Assembly: GCA_040954595.2 (NCBI GenBank)
Contig: CM082576.2
Coordinates: 10,729,129 to 10,793,128 of the forward strand
Length of the DNA: 64,000 bases
Source of the DNA: Balanoglossus misakiensis
Taxonomy: Eukaryota > Animalia > Hemichordata
Reading direction: 5' to 3'
The notes beneath the pieces were generated by a model that worked only from the letters and a program-made list of their open reading frames with translations, was not told the origin of the DNA and searched no databases. Positions within the stretch are counted from its first letter, which is position 1, and each line of letters starts with the position of its first letter. The translations under genes and the position numbers were made by a program. Shown here piece by piece: positions 1 to 13,533 of this stretch.

Positions 1-134
1 CATCATATTTTTGGGTCTGTCAAAGGGGGGGTCATCATTTTTTTGGGCTGGGTGAAGGGGGGGTCGGCCTGATTTTGAGAACCGATGACACAAACTTGCC
101 AGCCCCCCCCCTGCCGTAAAAACTGAACGGTCCC
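1..134 (+). mobile_element. Right end of a PIF/Harbinger-like MITE (truncated by the window edge), inside intron 1 of the JmjC gene
   Basis: Bases 1-134 match 31525-31658 essentially exactly. The segment ends in the TIR ...GCCGTAAAAACTGAACGGTCCC followed by TTA (135-137). Confidence 0.85.
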
Positions 135-362
135 TTACTGTATCATTCAAAATCAAGTATTGTATGTGAGAAGCAATTGTGTGAGCTGGTAACTTTTGAA
201 GTCGAACTTAAGTCCCATTGTGCATTAATAGGTCGAGAAAAAAGTAAACTTTTATCAGTTCACCATTAAACCAAACCTTATGCCCACTTTGTAACAATTA
301 TGAGTACAATGTATTAACTTATCAATGAAATGAAATGATGATTGAATGAAGGAGACGCATAC

Positions 363-645
363 TCCTTATTAGCACCGGATTTCTTTTCGATACGAATTGT
401 TGAAAAAAGTCTTCAGGACTTATCATGAAACTAAGTTTCTCTCCGTTATCCAGGAATGGCAAACTTCCCTCCATGGCTTGGTTAGCCCCCGCGGTGTATT
501 TCGATTTCCAGTCGCTATCGTCGTGCCCATCGCTGTGGTCGTGATCAAGGTGTCCATCAACACGGAAGTGATTGCTGTTGCTGATTGTAAACAAACACAC
601 GTGAATTACCACGATCGACGAGGTGGTAAAAGTTGACAATGACAT
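363..645 (-). CDS. First coding exon of a JmjC/cupin-like (Cupin_8, JMJD7/JMJD8/TYW5-type) protein with a putative signal peptide; the gene continues beyond the window start
   Basis: ATG at 645 gives MSLSTFTTSSIVVIHVCLFTISNS (hydrophobic leader), a His/Asp-rich stretch, then ISPEDFFQQFVSKRNPVLIR. That last segment resembles the P-x-x-F...P-V-[LIV] opening of Cupin_8 JmjC domains. GTATGC donor at 362-357. The catalytic region is outside the window. Confidence 0.6.
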
Positions 646-1170
646 GTCACGCCGATAACCGCAGATCAAATGGGCTGAATATGATAATAAATAATTGCAG
701 AATACAAGTTCCTGTAAGCATTACATTAAAGCCCGGATCTGTTGACCATTGAACCAGGAAACCAGTGATCGTGAAAGAGTGTGGGCGTGGTGCTTATAGA
801 ATATCGCCCTCTGGAGAGGGAATCCCTTTTAGGTTTTAGGCTCGTCAAGAAAAATCGTAACATTATATTATGAGTACAAAATGTACATTTATATTATTGT
901 AATGGGAATTTTAAAACTATTAATATTTAAAAACACATTATTTAATCTTTTTCAAGTTGTTTATTTGAGTTTTTCTCATTTACTACGACGAGCCAAATCT
1001 CTTGGCCTGGTCTTACGCTTGAACGAGGACAAGACGTAATCCCGGAAGTATCGGGGCTTCGACTGGGCAAACATGTAGTCTTGTCCGTCTTAGCCTGTCT
1101 TGCCATCAAAGTGTGTATCGTGATGCTTTTTTCTTAGATTTCTACAACTTGGGAGTAAGCAAGCCTCAAA
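646..1170. promoter_or_regulatory. Probable bidirectional promoter between the JmjC gene and the coiled-coil gene
   Basis: The divergent ATGs (645 and 1171) are about 525 bp apart. An ETS-like CCGGAAGT lies near 1042-1049 and an AT-rich core at about 860-980. Inferred from layout. Confidence 0.45.
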
Positions 1171-4100
1171 ATGTCTCTCTTCAGTGGTATGAAACTGAAC
1201 GTTGGTTCAGGTCAGAAGAGCGACAGCAGCGATGGAAAACCAGGAAAAAGCCCACACTCGAAACCTGTAGATGTTTCGGATTGCTTCGACGACAATGATG
1301 AAGGTAGGCGTGATCAATGACCACTACGGTACCGTACATCCGATGATCACTGGTAAATTGTAGGTGTACAATATATGCCTATCAGTGCCCATCCTAAACA
1401 GTATGTATAAATACATACGCATACACACAGTATATATTAAACAATTGGTAACCATGGTAATACCAAGTAAAGTATCCTTAAAAAGACACCAATTGGCGTG
1501 CAGCTTGTAGAACTGCAGTAGAGACAACTCAAACTGATGGTTGTCTTGGGTTATACATTCATGTGTTCACAGGTTTTATCTCCCTTATTTGATAATCAAG
1601 ATCAAAATGTTACTATGGGTGGCAACAGTACACAAATTGTAAGCAATACTAAAGTTCCATAATAAAAACCAACATCATCTTTCAGAAAGTACTGAAGCCA
1701 AGGATCTCAGCACACCATTGTCACCTGCAGGAAGTGTGCGTAAACAATGCCCAGACACAGACAGCAAAGACACCCCTTCAGAAGTAACTGAGGACGATAT
1801 TCTCCAACAGCTTGATCACCTTGCGCATGAGCCGCCGCTTGCAAACACAGACTACAGCGCCGAACTTGCTGGTTTAGATTTGGATTTTCAGAGCAAGGAG
1901 CCAGAGTCGGATTCCTGCGATGCCAGTGCAGTGTCCGGAGACATAATTCCAACTGGAGGAGAGGGAGAAACAAGCCGCATACAAGAGGAAGTTGATCTTC
2001 CTTCACATAAAGTTGTCGGCACAGGTACTGATGCAGAGGTCGAGGCTGGTCGAGTCACCAGTGGATTCAGCTTCATACAGGAACCTACGACCTCCGAGGG
2101 TCATTCAGATGATGAGAAGTCTGCCGACAGTGAGGAACTCGAAGAAAGTGTCCAAGAAGGTCACCATGTTGAGGACTTGAGAGATACAGATGCACCTGGC
2201 TCAGGTGACACTGCGCAGCCGTGCTACCGTCTTCAGTTGACACAGAACGAGGAATTTGAATTGACGCTGCAGACGAGTGAATCTGACATCCAGAGTATCA
2301 GAGCAGAAATTGCCATTGTGGCTGAACAACAGGATGCGGGGTTAAAACATTTTCAGAACATTCACGTGAGACACATAGCAAAACTACAACTGCTCAAAGA
2401 GTTGCAGGGTGAACAGTCAAAGGCTTTGGCAGAGGAAGATTTTGAAACAGGTGAGAGTCTGTCAGTCCTGAAAGTTTGTTTTACCAATTATAAAATGATT
2501 ACTACAGATAGCACAAACTTTGCCATTTACATGTACCAACATCAGCAGCTTGATACCATATCTGGTGACAGAAAACACACACACAAACCACTATTAACAT
2601 GCAGATTTTCTGGAACGAACAGGGATAGACAATTAAAGTGCACCCTTTGTTTTTCATTCTGCCAACAGCTGAAGACATTGACAGGAGAGTGAGTGTTCTC
2701 CAGCAGGAAGTTGATGCCTCACCACCTCCATCAATGTTCTCCCTTGAAGACATCAGAAGTTTTGTGGAGGCCACGAAGTCACTGCACGATCGAGAAATGA
2801 AACAGCGAATGGAAAGATGCAAGCTACTGACTGCTCAGAAAGAAAAGGAAGAGACTTTTCTAGAAGAAGACAGACAAACAATTAACACTACCTTTCTAAA
2901 GGAAAAAGGAGAGATCGAAAAAGAGAAAATTCAGCTGGAGAAAACATTGAGGTGATTGATTAATAGTATTTCTGTTGTATGGTACAATTATCCGTGTATA
3001 ACTTAGCGCTTTTTAGGAGACCTATAATTAACCTCTCTTTTTGTCTCGTACAGTCATTTGTCAATAGATAGAGAGCATTTGGAGAAAAGTGAAATCCAAC
3101 TGGATGCTAAGATCGGTGCGTTGACCTCGGCGTTTGTGGAAAAGAAGCAAAGTTTGCAAGAGGAAATGAAAGATGTTAAGGTAGAGTAATTGCAGAGTTG
3201 TTTATCATTGTGTAATTACATCTTGATGTTAATTCCAGAAAGAATAGGAACTTGTAGTTTTGTGCTTCACACATGAAATTATAAGCGAATGTGATATTCT
3301 GATTTTAGAATGAAATCTTAGAACTGGAAAGGAAACTTGTTGAAATGAGAGAGAAGGAGGTGCAGATTGCTGCTGACATATCAGAGGAGGAGGCCAAAAT
3401 AGAGCAGGTCAACGCCGAGTTCCAAGATGAACGACAGAAACTGGCGGAAGAAAGAGACAAAATTGGAGAGCGTCAGGTGAACATTGACAGGGAAATGGAA
3501 ACTGTCAGTCGTGCCGAGGAAGAGCTCTGCAAAAAGAAAGAAGAAATTGAAACCAAAGAAAGTCGGTAAGACTTTGAACTGTAACATACATGTTTTCTGG
3601 GGTGGGTTTCATGTATGATGTGGAGCAGTGTAAATCATGACTTGGATTTTTATGGTGAGAAAGAATGAAGAAATCAAAAGCTGAGACATAGCTGTTCATC
3701 TAAAGAATCATTTTCCAGGTCTCTGCACAACAAAGACGCCTTAGAAGAGCAAGTTGCCAAGGAAACAGAAGAAATTGAAGAACTGAAATGTGAACAAGTA
3801 AAACTTACGAAGATCAGCTTTGAGGAAAAAGACTGGCCTTCACTACAAATAAATACCCATGGAGACTTGGACAGGTATAAGATTTACCCCAAAATGTACA
3901 AGGGATATATTTTAACTTTAAAAAAAATTCAAGTATCTCTCTTGCTCACTTGGAATTTAACAGAATACAGAAATGTGAAAGTTTTTTGACTGAAATTATA
4001 TTGACATTACCTTGATTCTAACACATCTTAACAGGAGCATTGATTTAGTCTACCCTTTGTTGAATTTATGCATTATAGTTCAAAGAAGAAAGTCAATGCC

Positions 4101-5311
4101 TTGGAGGCTGATGTCAAGGAAAAGATGGCGGCCATTTTGAAATCCCAGACATCAGTGACTACATTGAGAAAGAAAGTGAATGACATTGAAGAGCAAATTG
4201 AAAGTCTGAATGAGTCCAAGAAACTAGCGGTAGCAGGTAGGTTGTCTTGACAAACATGTTATGAAAGTTTTTCATTTCTTGTGTGCATTGTGCGGGTTTC
4301 TTTCTGAAATGTGCATCGCATGAGTAAAGTATTTCAAAATACATGTATGGTGAAAGTGACAATAGTAGTATTCTGTTCTGATGTTGATTTTTACCACTGT
4401 AGGAAGAAACTTCACTGAAGCCAAACGCCTTTCTAATGAAGTCAAGGAACTCACTGCCACTGGGGAAAGCTGCCAGAAACAACTAGAAGATGCCACGGAA
4501 GAAGTTGCCGTCAGTAATAAAGTATTGGAAAAGTTGCAAGAGGAGTTCAAAATGGAAAAAGACAGTCTTCAGAGAGAAGAACTTCAGTTTGGTAAGTGCA
4601 GTTGTGTCTTAGACAACTTAGAGCAAATGTTATAGCAAAACTTGTCAACTTTACACACTTTTTGTTTTGTTTTAATAGATTTAAAGCTCCAGGAGGCGGC
4701 CCTGGGAGTAATTCATGATGCCAGGGCTAAGCTGGAAAATCCGGATCTATCCGCTCTGCACAGGAAACTGGTCCAAGCAGAAACGCTGGCCTGCTGCTTT
4801 CTGGTCAGAGAACTTTGCATCAAGCATGACTCTGAAGAGCCTGCTGAGGTCAGTGGGTACTTGAGCGGCCTCGAAGCAGAGTTTGATAGTGACGTTGACG
4901 CGGACATCAGAACAAGTGAAAGGGTGGAAGCCGATGGTTGTAAACTCAGCGAAGAAATAAAACAACAGATATCGAAGCTGGAGGCAGAGTTGCAAGAAGC
5001 TGTGGAGGAGGAAGACTATGACACGGCTCATATCCTTTATTTAAAAGCCCATATTTGCACTTCTATAGAAATAAACAAGAGGCCTTAAATGTGTGTTTGC
5101 ACAGAACGACTGTGCATTGCATGTGCCCCTTTAACCATTCACATCACAGTGCAAATGTTGATTGAAATCAGTGGAGACGTGCGTAACATTGGTCATTGCA
5201 GACACGACATGATTATAACCTTAACGCTACCCACAGATACTTGATACGAAAATCGAGACTTTGAAGAAAAAAGCCAACAGCCAGGATTCATTTGGACTCA
5301 GTGATTCTTGA
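1171..5311 (+). CDS. Uncharacterised acidic coiled-coil protein with three UVR-like helical motifs (10 exons)
   Basis: Exons with checked or plausible phases: 1171-1303, 1686-2450, 2669-2951, 3054-3180, 3309-3565, 3719-3874, 4079-4236, 4403-4591, 4679-5029, 5235-5311. Starts MSLFSGMKL. Motifs KALAEEDFETAEDI, KKLAVAGRNFTEAKRL and EAVEEEDYDTAQIL; E/K-rich heptads. The last intron is AT-AC. Confidence 0.8.
5030..5234 (+). other. U12-type AT-AC intron
   Basis: 5' site ATATCCTTT at 5030-5038, branch site CCTTAAC at 5219-5225, terminal AC at 5233-5234. Splicing restores the frame (DTAQ-ILDTKIETLKK) to TGA at 5309-5311. Confidence 0.9.
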
Positions 5312-5705
5312 TGCAAAGACTTTCAAGTTTGAATGTTAACATTTGTGCAATATTGGTTTGTAATTTTTTTAGAGTACTAAAACAATAAAGTGACATTTGT
5401 TTGATACATATCGCTTGTGGGTGATACATGATTGCCGTGTGCATGCCGTATGGAAGTGTGTAGTCTGTGATGACTGCAATATTGCACTATAGAAACGGGA
5501 TCATGCATGTTGAGAGTGAGAGCCAAATGTGCAACGGGATAGGAGGCCCAGGAGAATGATATCCAACTTAAGGGGTCAAAACATGGCGGACTACGAAGCA
5601 TGATGGACGCGCTCGCTGTCATCGCCGATATTTTTTACTCGCTGTGCATGTCTGTATTATTTATTTTTTAACAATTACTAGACATCGAAAGAAAATTAAG
5701 CGACA

Positions 5706-7606
5706 ATGACGACTTTGCGGCCATTCACCTGTGATGATATGTTCCGATTCAATAATGTGTAAGTACAGTTCTCTTTCGAGATCAGAAAGAATGCCTGGGC
5801 GTAAAGGCCGGGTGTCATTGAATGAAATGCAGGTATGGTATTTACATGTAGCTTCAAAAGCCGTCCTGCGAATGTCATCATTCCCGCAAGAACCCCACCA
5901 GGAAAATGCCTGGGTGGTAGAGTATACTGCACGTTGTTACCGACGTGTTTGGTCGGCCTTGAATGATGGGGCCGGGGAAATAAACAAGTGAAACAAAATT
6001 GATCTCATTGCTACTACTCCAGCCTCTAGCTCTAGTAGTTGCCAATATTCATTGATGTTAATGGGAATACACCAGATTACCTACATTGTATTGTAAAGCT
6101 AATACATGTATTGTAATGCATGAATTGTTAGTGGAGTGGTCGCAGTCATCAGCAAGTACAGTATAGGGGTTGACTACTTGTGTTCTTCAATTTTTGAATA
6201 AGACAACGCAGGCATCACCAATGTTATGCATATCAGGAGGCAATTGTGATTCAGAAGTGCATGAAGGGAAACTGAGTTTTCTGATGTGACTTTTATTTTG
6301 TAACAACTGTGTTTCATTGTTTTTTGCAGGAATCTTGATCCTCTGACAGAAACTGTATCCTTTCCATTGCTGAAAAACACTTGATGACTTGTTTGGAACT
6401 ACTCCATGAAATGGTTTAATCTTACAGCCCAGCCAATATATGTTTCCAGGAAGTCGTATGGCAAAAAAATTCTACACTGGTGGTGAGATTGAAGTCAGTA
6501 GAATGCCAATGTAACTTTGAAAAAACTACTAATAAATAAGTCTAAAGTAGGCTTTTTGTTCCTTAAGTCGGCGTTCAGTATGGATTACCATTTTACATGC
6601 AATATTTGGCACATTGGCCGGAGTACTTTCAAGTAGCTGAAGCACCTAATGGTACAATTATGGGATACAGTAAGTAGTACATGTACTGCTTCATAGATGT
6701 GTTGGTGTGTACACAATCACATGTACATTGCCACACGCACACATGCGTGCATGCATACGTGTGGAATACAAAATGTACTGGTATATGCCTGGATAAGGTA
6801 ACCGTCATTTTGGCCAAAGTCTATCATGAAAGGCTTTTTGGTGGTAGTCTAGATTTTTCTGTATGCTTATCTGTACAACTTTTATAGTGAAGTGTCAAAA
6901 ACTTGTGTTGTTTCCTGTTGATTCACAGTAATGGGAAAGGCAGAAGGCAACAGTGAAAACTGGCACGGACACGTCACAGCTTTAACGGTGGCACCCGAAT
7001 ACAGAAGACTTGGTCTTGCTAAAAATCTTATGGATGTTCTTGAAGAAGTGTCCGAAATGTAAGTCTGTATATTGTCTGCTGTGCCTGCTGACATTAATTT
7101 GTATTGATACTATGAAGTCTTCATTTTGTGTATTTCTTTTTCTTTTTCACAGGAAGAAAACTTACTTTGTAGACTTATTTGTTAGAGTATCAAATAAAGT
7201 AGCCATTGACATGTACCATAGATTAGGCTATACAGTGTATAGGACGGTCTTGGAGTATTACTCAGGTGATCCGGATGAAGATGCATTTGGTAGGTTCTTC
7301 ATTCTTGCATGCCCGTACCTCATTCGGACATTAGCCATACTTTTCAGCTTTGTATTTTTGTTCTGTGTACCAAATGCAATTTCTTGACTGGGTCTACTCA
7401 AAACAGTATGTTCTATATACCAAGTACTATGCTTGTCCACATGAAATTCTCAGGCCTGTGTTCATAAGCTGAATGCACTTATTCTAACATTTTGTCTCTT
7501 CACTACTTTTTTCTGATCAGATATGAGGAAAGCGATGTCAATGGACGTACACAAGAAATCAGTGGAACCCTTGAAAGACCCAGTGCGACCTGAAGACATA
7601 GAATGA
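5706..7606 (+). CDS. NAA20: N-alpha-acetyltransferase 20 (NatB catalytic subunit), 6 exons
   Basis: Exons 5706-5758, 6330-6354, 6579-6669, 6929-7058, 7153-7289, 7521-7606 give MTTLRPFTCDDMFRFNNVNLDPLTETYGLPFYMQYLAHWPEYF...WHGHVTALTVAPEYRRLGLA...FVDLFVRVSNKVAIDMY...DEDAFDMRKAM, a very close match to the recalled NAA20 sequence. Confidence 0.97.
6355..6578 (+). other. U12-type GT-AG intron in NAA20
   Basis: 5' site GTATCCTTT at 6355; branch-like TTCCTTAAG at 6559-6567, 11 nt before the intron's 3' end; no long polypyrimidine tract. Confidence 0.9.
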
Positions 7607-10600
7607 CATTAAAATGGTGAACCAGGGTGTGCAAATCATAATCTGTAGAGTGTATCTTGTAATGTGGTCAGATGTCATTAGGTTAAATTGCTAGGGATAT
7701 AATTATACTAATATTTTCCTCAATAGTAACCTCAGAAGCCATGATTTTTAACTTCGCTAGTCTGTTGTCCTTCAACTTCTCATTAGCATGTACACGTCCC
7801 CAAGCAGAATTACCCCAAATACCAGTATACCCTAAGTGTGTTTCACACCACTTGAAATCATATTTTTTACAGTTCAGCTGCAGGATTCATTTGCTGGATA
7901 GCCATGATGTGAGGTCTGTGGTCTGATATGTTAGTGCACTTGTAGACAGTGCAACTGTGTCATCTTCATATGACAATGCAATGTCATCTATTTATTGAGG
8001 ATATTTATACATAATTGATTTCTCTATGAGTTTGCATTCTTGACTGTCAGACCAGAAATATATATAAGTTCAGTTGAAGTTTTGACACTGAATTTTAGTC
8101 ATAATAGACCCAGCACCCTATAGTGAAGTTACCCCGTGTAAATTGAATACCAAGGAGATCATTGAGAAGCCTGGTTCATTTTTCTGAGCTCTTTTAACAT
8201 TCTGCGATGTCCTGTGCAAACATACCTGAGGAAATATACATCAAATATCAATAGTTTTTCAGATCATTGCATAATTGCACACATTGTCTTTCTTCATTCC
8301 TAATGTATTCACATTTTGAGCACGCAAAGCGTTGAATTGTCAGCTTTTTCTGACCTGATCAATTTCTTATATTAATTTGCTTCTACTTTTATTCAGGTAT
8401 TTTCATTGATTTTTTTGTAGTTCATGTTTTGTAGTTTATGATTTGTATTTGATACCCTGGTTCACCATGCATTGTAGCTGTCATCTTTCCTCGATGTGGT
8501 TTCTCTGTAGATAGAATGGTAGTAAGGATACAGTACTCGTAATAGCTTCTTCACATTGTCCATAAAAACAAAAGAAAATAACAACTAGAAAAAAAGCTGT
8601 CCATGTTTCTGCCAAATATTTGTGGTACACTTGCCCATCTCCATGAATTTTTCATTCTGTAAGTGTACTTTGTCACGGCTGATAAACTTGTTTTCCTTTT
8701 TATTTTATTGAAGCAATTAAAGATTTGCTTTTTTTAGTAGAACAGTCGTGTGTGTGTATGCATTTGTTTGATGTTTCTTGAAGTGAAGGCACTAGAAGTA
8801 TCTGCACAACAAAACTACTGGAGAGGACTGACGCTTGAAACAGATAAAAACAAAAGGGACACACAAAAAGAGGGTTGAGGGCATACAACATTGCACATAA
8901 TCCATCACTGTTGCTGAATGGTTTGGATCAAGATCACTCCACACATCCGTGTTTGGTTTTCAAAGGACACATTTCAAAAGAATAAACCATTAACAGAAAC
9001 ATTAATTTCCACTGTATTAAATTTTGCAAGTGTGTGGCCTTTAAACTTCTTATCTTCTCCATCCACAAAAGACAAGGACAAAAATATGATGTTCACTCTA
9101 CCTTGGTCAATGGCTTATCACCTAGACAAATGGACACCTGTAACCTTCCACAAGGTCATAAATGGCAACAGCGGTACTTATGACACTTTTTGTGATAAAA
9201 AGAGGCTCGCTTAGACAGTGTGGTATATGAAAATGAAGGGAAAGGGCAGCCACAGTCCAATGTTCTGGAAGTCGTTATCTCTAATACAGTTTGCATAAAT
9301 GAATACTAATGTAACTCGCATCCTGCATGTTGTGGAGTGCATATCACATCACAGTTCATTAATCGTCATTTAAACATCTTTATTATTATCACTTTGCATG
9401 TATATTTACATTCCAAACAAATTTTGGTAATCTGGCAGTTTTTAAATTCAAACAGAAGCACCGTAGCACCTTTTCATGTCTCCTCAGTGAGTTCATACAC
9501 ATCTTTTTTCTTAACTGGTACACAAAGACCAGTTTTCTGGGGTCGTAGAGACCGCAAGATCATTTCAACACAGGTTGTCACGCTAGCCAACTGTAAATAA
9601 TTCACATTTCATATTTACAAAGTCAAGTTCACTGGAATCGGGTGACTACAGCGCTCTTTCTCTAACTCGGATTCACATGATACATAAAATGTGGAGCTGA
9701 AGTAATGCCAATACATGTATTGGAATTAATCAGCTTCCATTTCTCAAGCAGAAAACAAGAAATAAGTCAGACACTACTGGGGGGTAGTACAGACAGACAG
9801 ACACAGAAGGAAAACTACTAAATCATTGTCAATGCTGATTATGATAATTGTATAAGATTTTCCATTTTTGTCACATTTACTTCTTAAGTATTAGCCATAT
9901 CCCATTGCTAAAAAGGTTGATCATATCACAATTACCAGCTTATGGAATATGAAATTCAAATAATAATGTTCACAGGTCAAAGGCTATGATCAGTACATAG
10001 ACAGCTTACATAATGCACATCTTTCGGAGGTATGATGGCTTTTTAACCTAATAGCTGGTTTTAATTGAGAGTAAGCTTACAATTTTTAGAAATTCATGCC
10101 AAGCAAAACATTTTTTAAACATCAAATTTTTTTTTTGCATTTCAAATGAGAAATTTTACCTTGTTCTATTTTATTTTTACCCAACACGCTGATGGCAGAG
10201 CATTGCTCAGAAACTACTAGTAGACGACGTAAATAATTTCACACAAAACGAAATTACCCTCGCTTTCATTCTAAGCCCATAAGCTGATCTAGATCAATGC
10301 TTAAATGTAAACCAACTGTTCAGGATGTTTCTGTGAGAACATACCGGTATGTGTTTTCATATTACAAACAAAACCATGTAAAATATTTTACATTATTTCC
10401 AACGAGGGAAATTTCGTTTGGGAAGCAGACATGGTACATTACACAGACATACAGCAATAATTTGAGACACAAGTGATGGCAACCAAATCCACATGGCAAT
10501 GCTGAAACCTGTGCTGACACTTTTTAAATTCTCCCTACCTTAAATAGGGTTTTGCTACCTAGGTGAGTGATAAAAATCTCACACGGTTGACACAATTTCA

Positions 10601-13533
10601 AGATGGCCGATTTTTGCCATGTTTAAGAAATGCATAAGCTAAAGTGATATTTGGTCATTCTGATGTTTTGTAACAGAAAATAATAAAAACAGTTGATTGA
10701 CTTTAATATGTCAACTACAAAAGCAGAAATGTTTGACCAAAGGAAGTCATGAAATACAGTAAACATATTTCTTCTATCTCTTACAACAGTGAGCTGTCAA
10801 CTTTTTACCCAGAATGCATTATAATAATGTGATTCGACCCCCTAGCACAAAGTGAAAACCTAAAGCAGCCAGAATTCAGCACCATCGTGCTCAACAAGAC
10901 GCGCCAGCTGTACATTACAGTGAAACGAAAGCATTGCCCATCTGCTCATGGTTGGCATTTGACATATTAAGTGAACACTGATTCACTGGTATAGTGCAGT
11001 AAAAATGCAAGATATTCAAATTCTTAAAAGGTAGACAAGGTGGGTGCTTCGATTTTTCAGGACAGGTATAAACACTAAATTTATATTTCACAGTACTGGA
11101 TACATCAGAAATTTGCAGCAAAGAAGGGACAGTTTACAGGGACTGTGCAGATTTGGTTCGCAAAATTTTCATTTTCTGAAGTTAATCACACACACCATCA
11201 GAGACTAAATTTTATCATTTCCATTATCAAATGTTGACGAACGGAAACACCACATGACCAAGACACTGCCCTGACCCATCGGTGGTCTACAAAGCTACTA
11301 TTAAACTAGGATTAATTCTTGCTGAAACGCCACACACACATAATTCATGTAAATTCAGTAATTATCTCTAAATGACTTTCTCTGTATTCAAGCAAAATGT
11401 TAAAGAAAGGATGGTGCTTGGAAAGATGCTAGTGTCGGTGTCTGTTTCTGAAAAGGTACTATTCACATACTGACTCTACCAAACAGCTAATTTTTGTAGC
11501 CATTTTGTCACTTGGCCAACATATGACCTCTGACCTCATCTACACTTTTCCCCTCTACTCCTACAAGGCACATAATTGAGAAAAATCCTTCTATACTGGC
11601 ATTTGCTTCCCCCCCCCCCACCCCATATACACAAGTTGCACTGTCAAGTCACACTACGTGACGAAACAAGCGCAAAGTCTCACAAAAATACACCATTACA
11701 CGACTGAGTGTAGACGCGCTATTGACACAGAAAAATACAAAGGTCGATCTCACAGGCCCTGTGAGCATATAACACCTCAGGGATTCTGAAAGTCTAGATG
11801 GAAATGTCCAAATAATGAGAATGTTGGTTACATGAAACACCAAAGGAAGACATGAATGGCATGTTTGGATGAAACACAACTCATTTCTTGTTCTAAAAAA
11901 AGAAGAAGAATACACCAGTCAACAGCGCAGGGGGTAAAGGTAATTATGTGAATCATGACTGGACAGGAAACAGTGATAGAGCAATTGCCGTGGCAACACA
12001 TTTACATAATTCTAACCATAGATTGATAATGGAACATATTTTTTTCTTAACAAATTTTATCATATTGACATCGAGTTGTTGACGATAGTATGTTTTAAAA
12101 TGCCACAATATACATAATAATTTTTCTTTTCAAATTTGATAAAAATGCAGTCAACATTCTTAGTTTTTTTTAATGTATTGCTTGTGCAAGTCTGAATGTA
12201 AAAGCCAGTGTGGAGCAAAATCTGATCTTAATAACCCAACCCGCTCCAGTGTACATGCAAATAACACGTACGAGATAAAAATTGATTGCTATTAAAGTGA
12301 GTACATGTTGTGTGTTCAGTAAAGCAGATTATAAAACTTGCCCTGAATGTTGACTAGATCATCATTTGCAAGTCAGAGTAAATTTTCTTGTTGTCTATTA
12401 TCAAATCCAGGTTGTGAGTTTGTCACTGGTGAACTTGCAGAAGAATCTATTGGATTTCAATTCACCTATTAAACCCTTTAGTGTGACAAAAATAGGCCAT
12501 TCTCTACCCATGTGGTAATGCATGAAAAGTCTTCGGATAAGTTCATGAGAATCAGGACAAGTGATTCTGAGCGTTGCCTAGGTTTATTGCCTTCATAATT
12601 AACCAACCAAAGCCTAACAACATTCCTGACCCCCCCCCCCTCGACCCAACTGATTTTAGAAGACTAACAACTGCACTATTCACATCTCTGAATTAAAACA
12701 TAAAAATATGGACCATCGAAAAGTCACAAACAGTCCTTAAAACGTTCCATTTCCTGACTTCCTATAAATAGCTCTGATTTTTTACTGTCACTTACAAAAT
12801 TTTGCATCCAAGAAATCGTTCTCCCTGAGAGGAGGCAACACGTCGTAAGTCACACATAAGATCTCTAGTACGGGTGAAACACACTGGCATGAAAAAAAGA
12901 TTTTTACTCTGGACACAAAAATACAACAAGACAAGCAACAACTGTTGTCTCTGGGGAATAAAACTCTGTAAATAAATAAAATCGACCGCTAATAATGAAA
13001 CTGGAACGCACTCTGTAAGCTCCAATGGTGTTAAACGATATACTTCCAAATCTCTATTTACACATGTACTATATCTTAACAGTATAGTAATTACACGGTA
13101 ATCACTTTTCTGTTTCATTTCGGATTTAATAGTTTTAAATATCAAACCTAAGCTTTATGATAAGTTTCATTTCCTCCATAATGTGAAAGGTCGTCATAAG
13201 TTTTTTTTAAATTCTCACATTTACGAATTATCTCACCCACTCGGGGGAAAAATGAAACGTTTCATCCTCATAACACGTCTAAGTATGCAGACCTATACAT
13301 TCTATGCAGACAAGCATTTAAGGTTAAAAAAATGTTTTCCATCTGAGGATGAAACTTAAGTGTGCAGTATTGATGCGTTTTCTTGAGGAGGAAAATATAC
13401 AAGTACTTCAAAGAAATTAAAAATTTGCTGATGATCACTCTTCTTTGTCCATGTGATGCCTCTGTCATTGGAATTGCAAAGTCATAAAATTCTTCATTTA
13501 AAACGGGACATCTTTTCTGAAGATGAAGAGTGA

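Noticed and set aside
5030-5088. ORF-track C-terminus HILYLKAHICTSIEINKRP as the true end of the coiled-coil gene
   Set aside because: Better explained as read-through into the AT-AC intron, since splicing restores the UVR-like motif.
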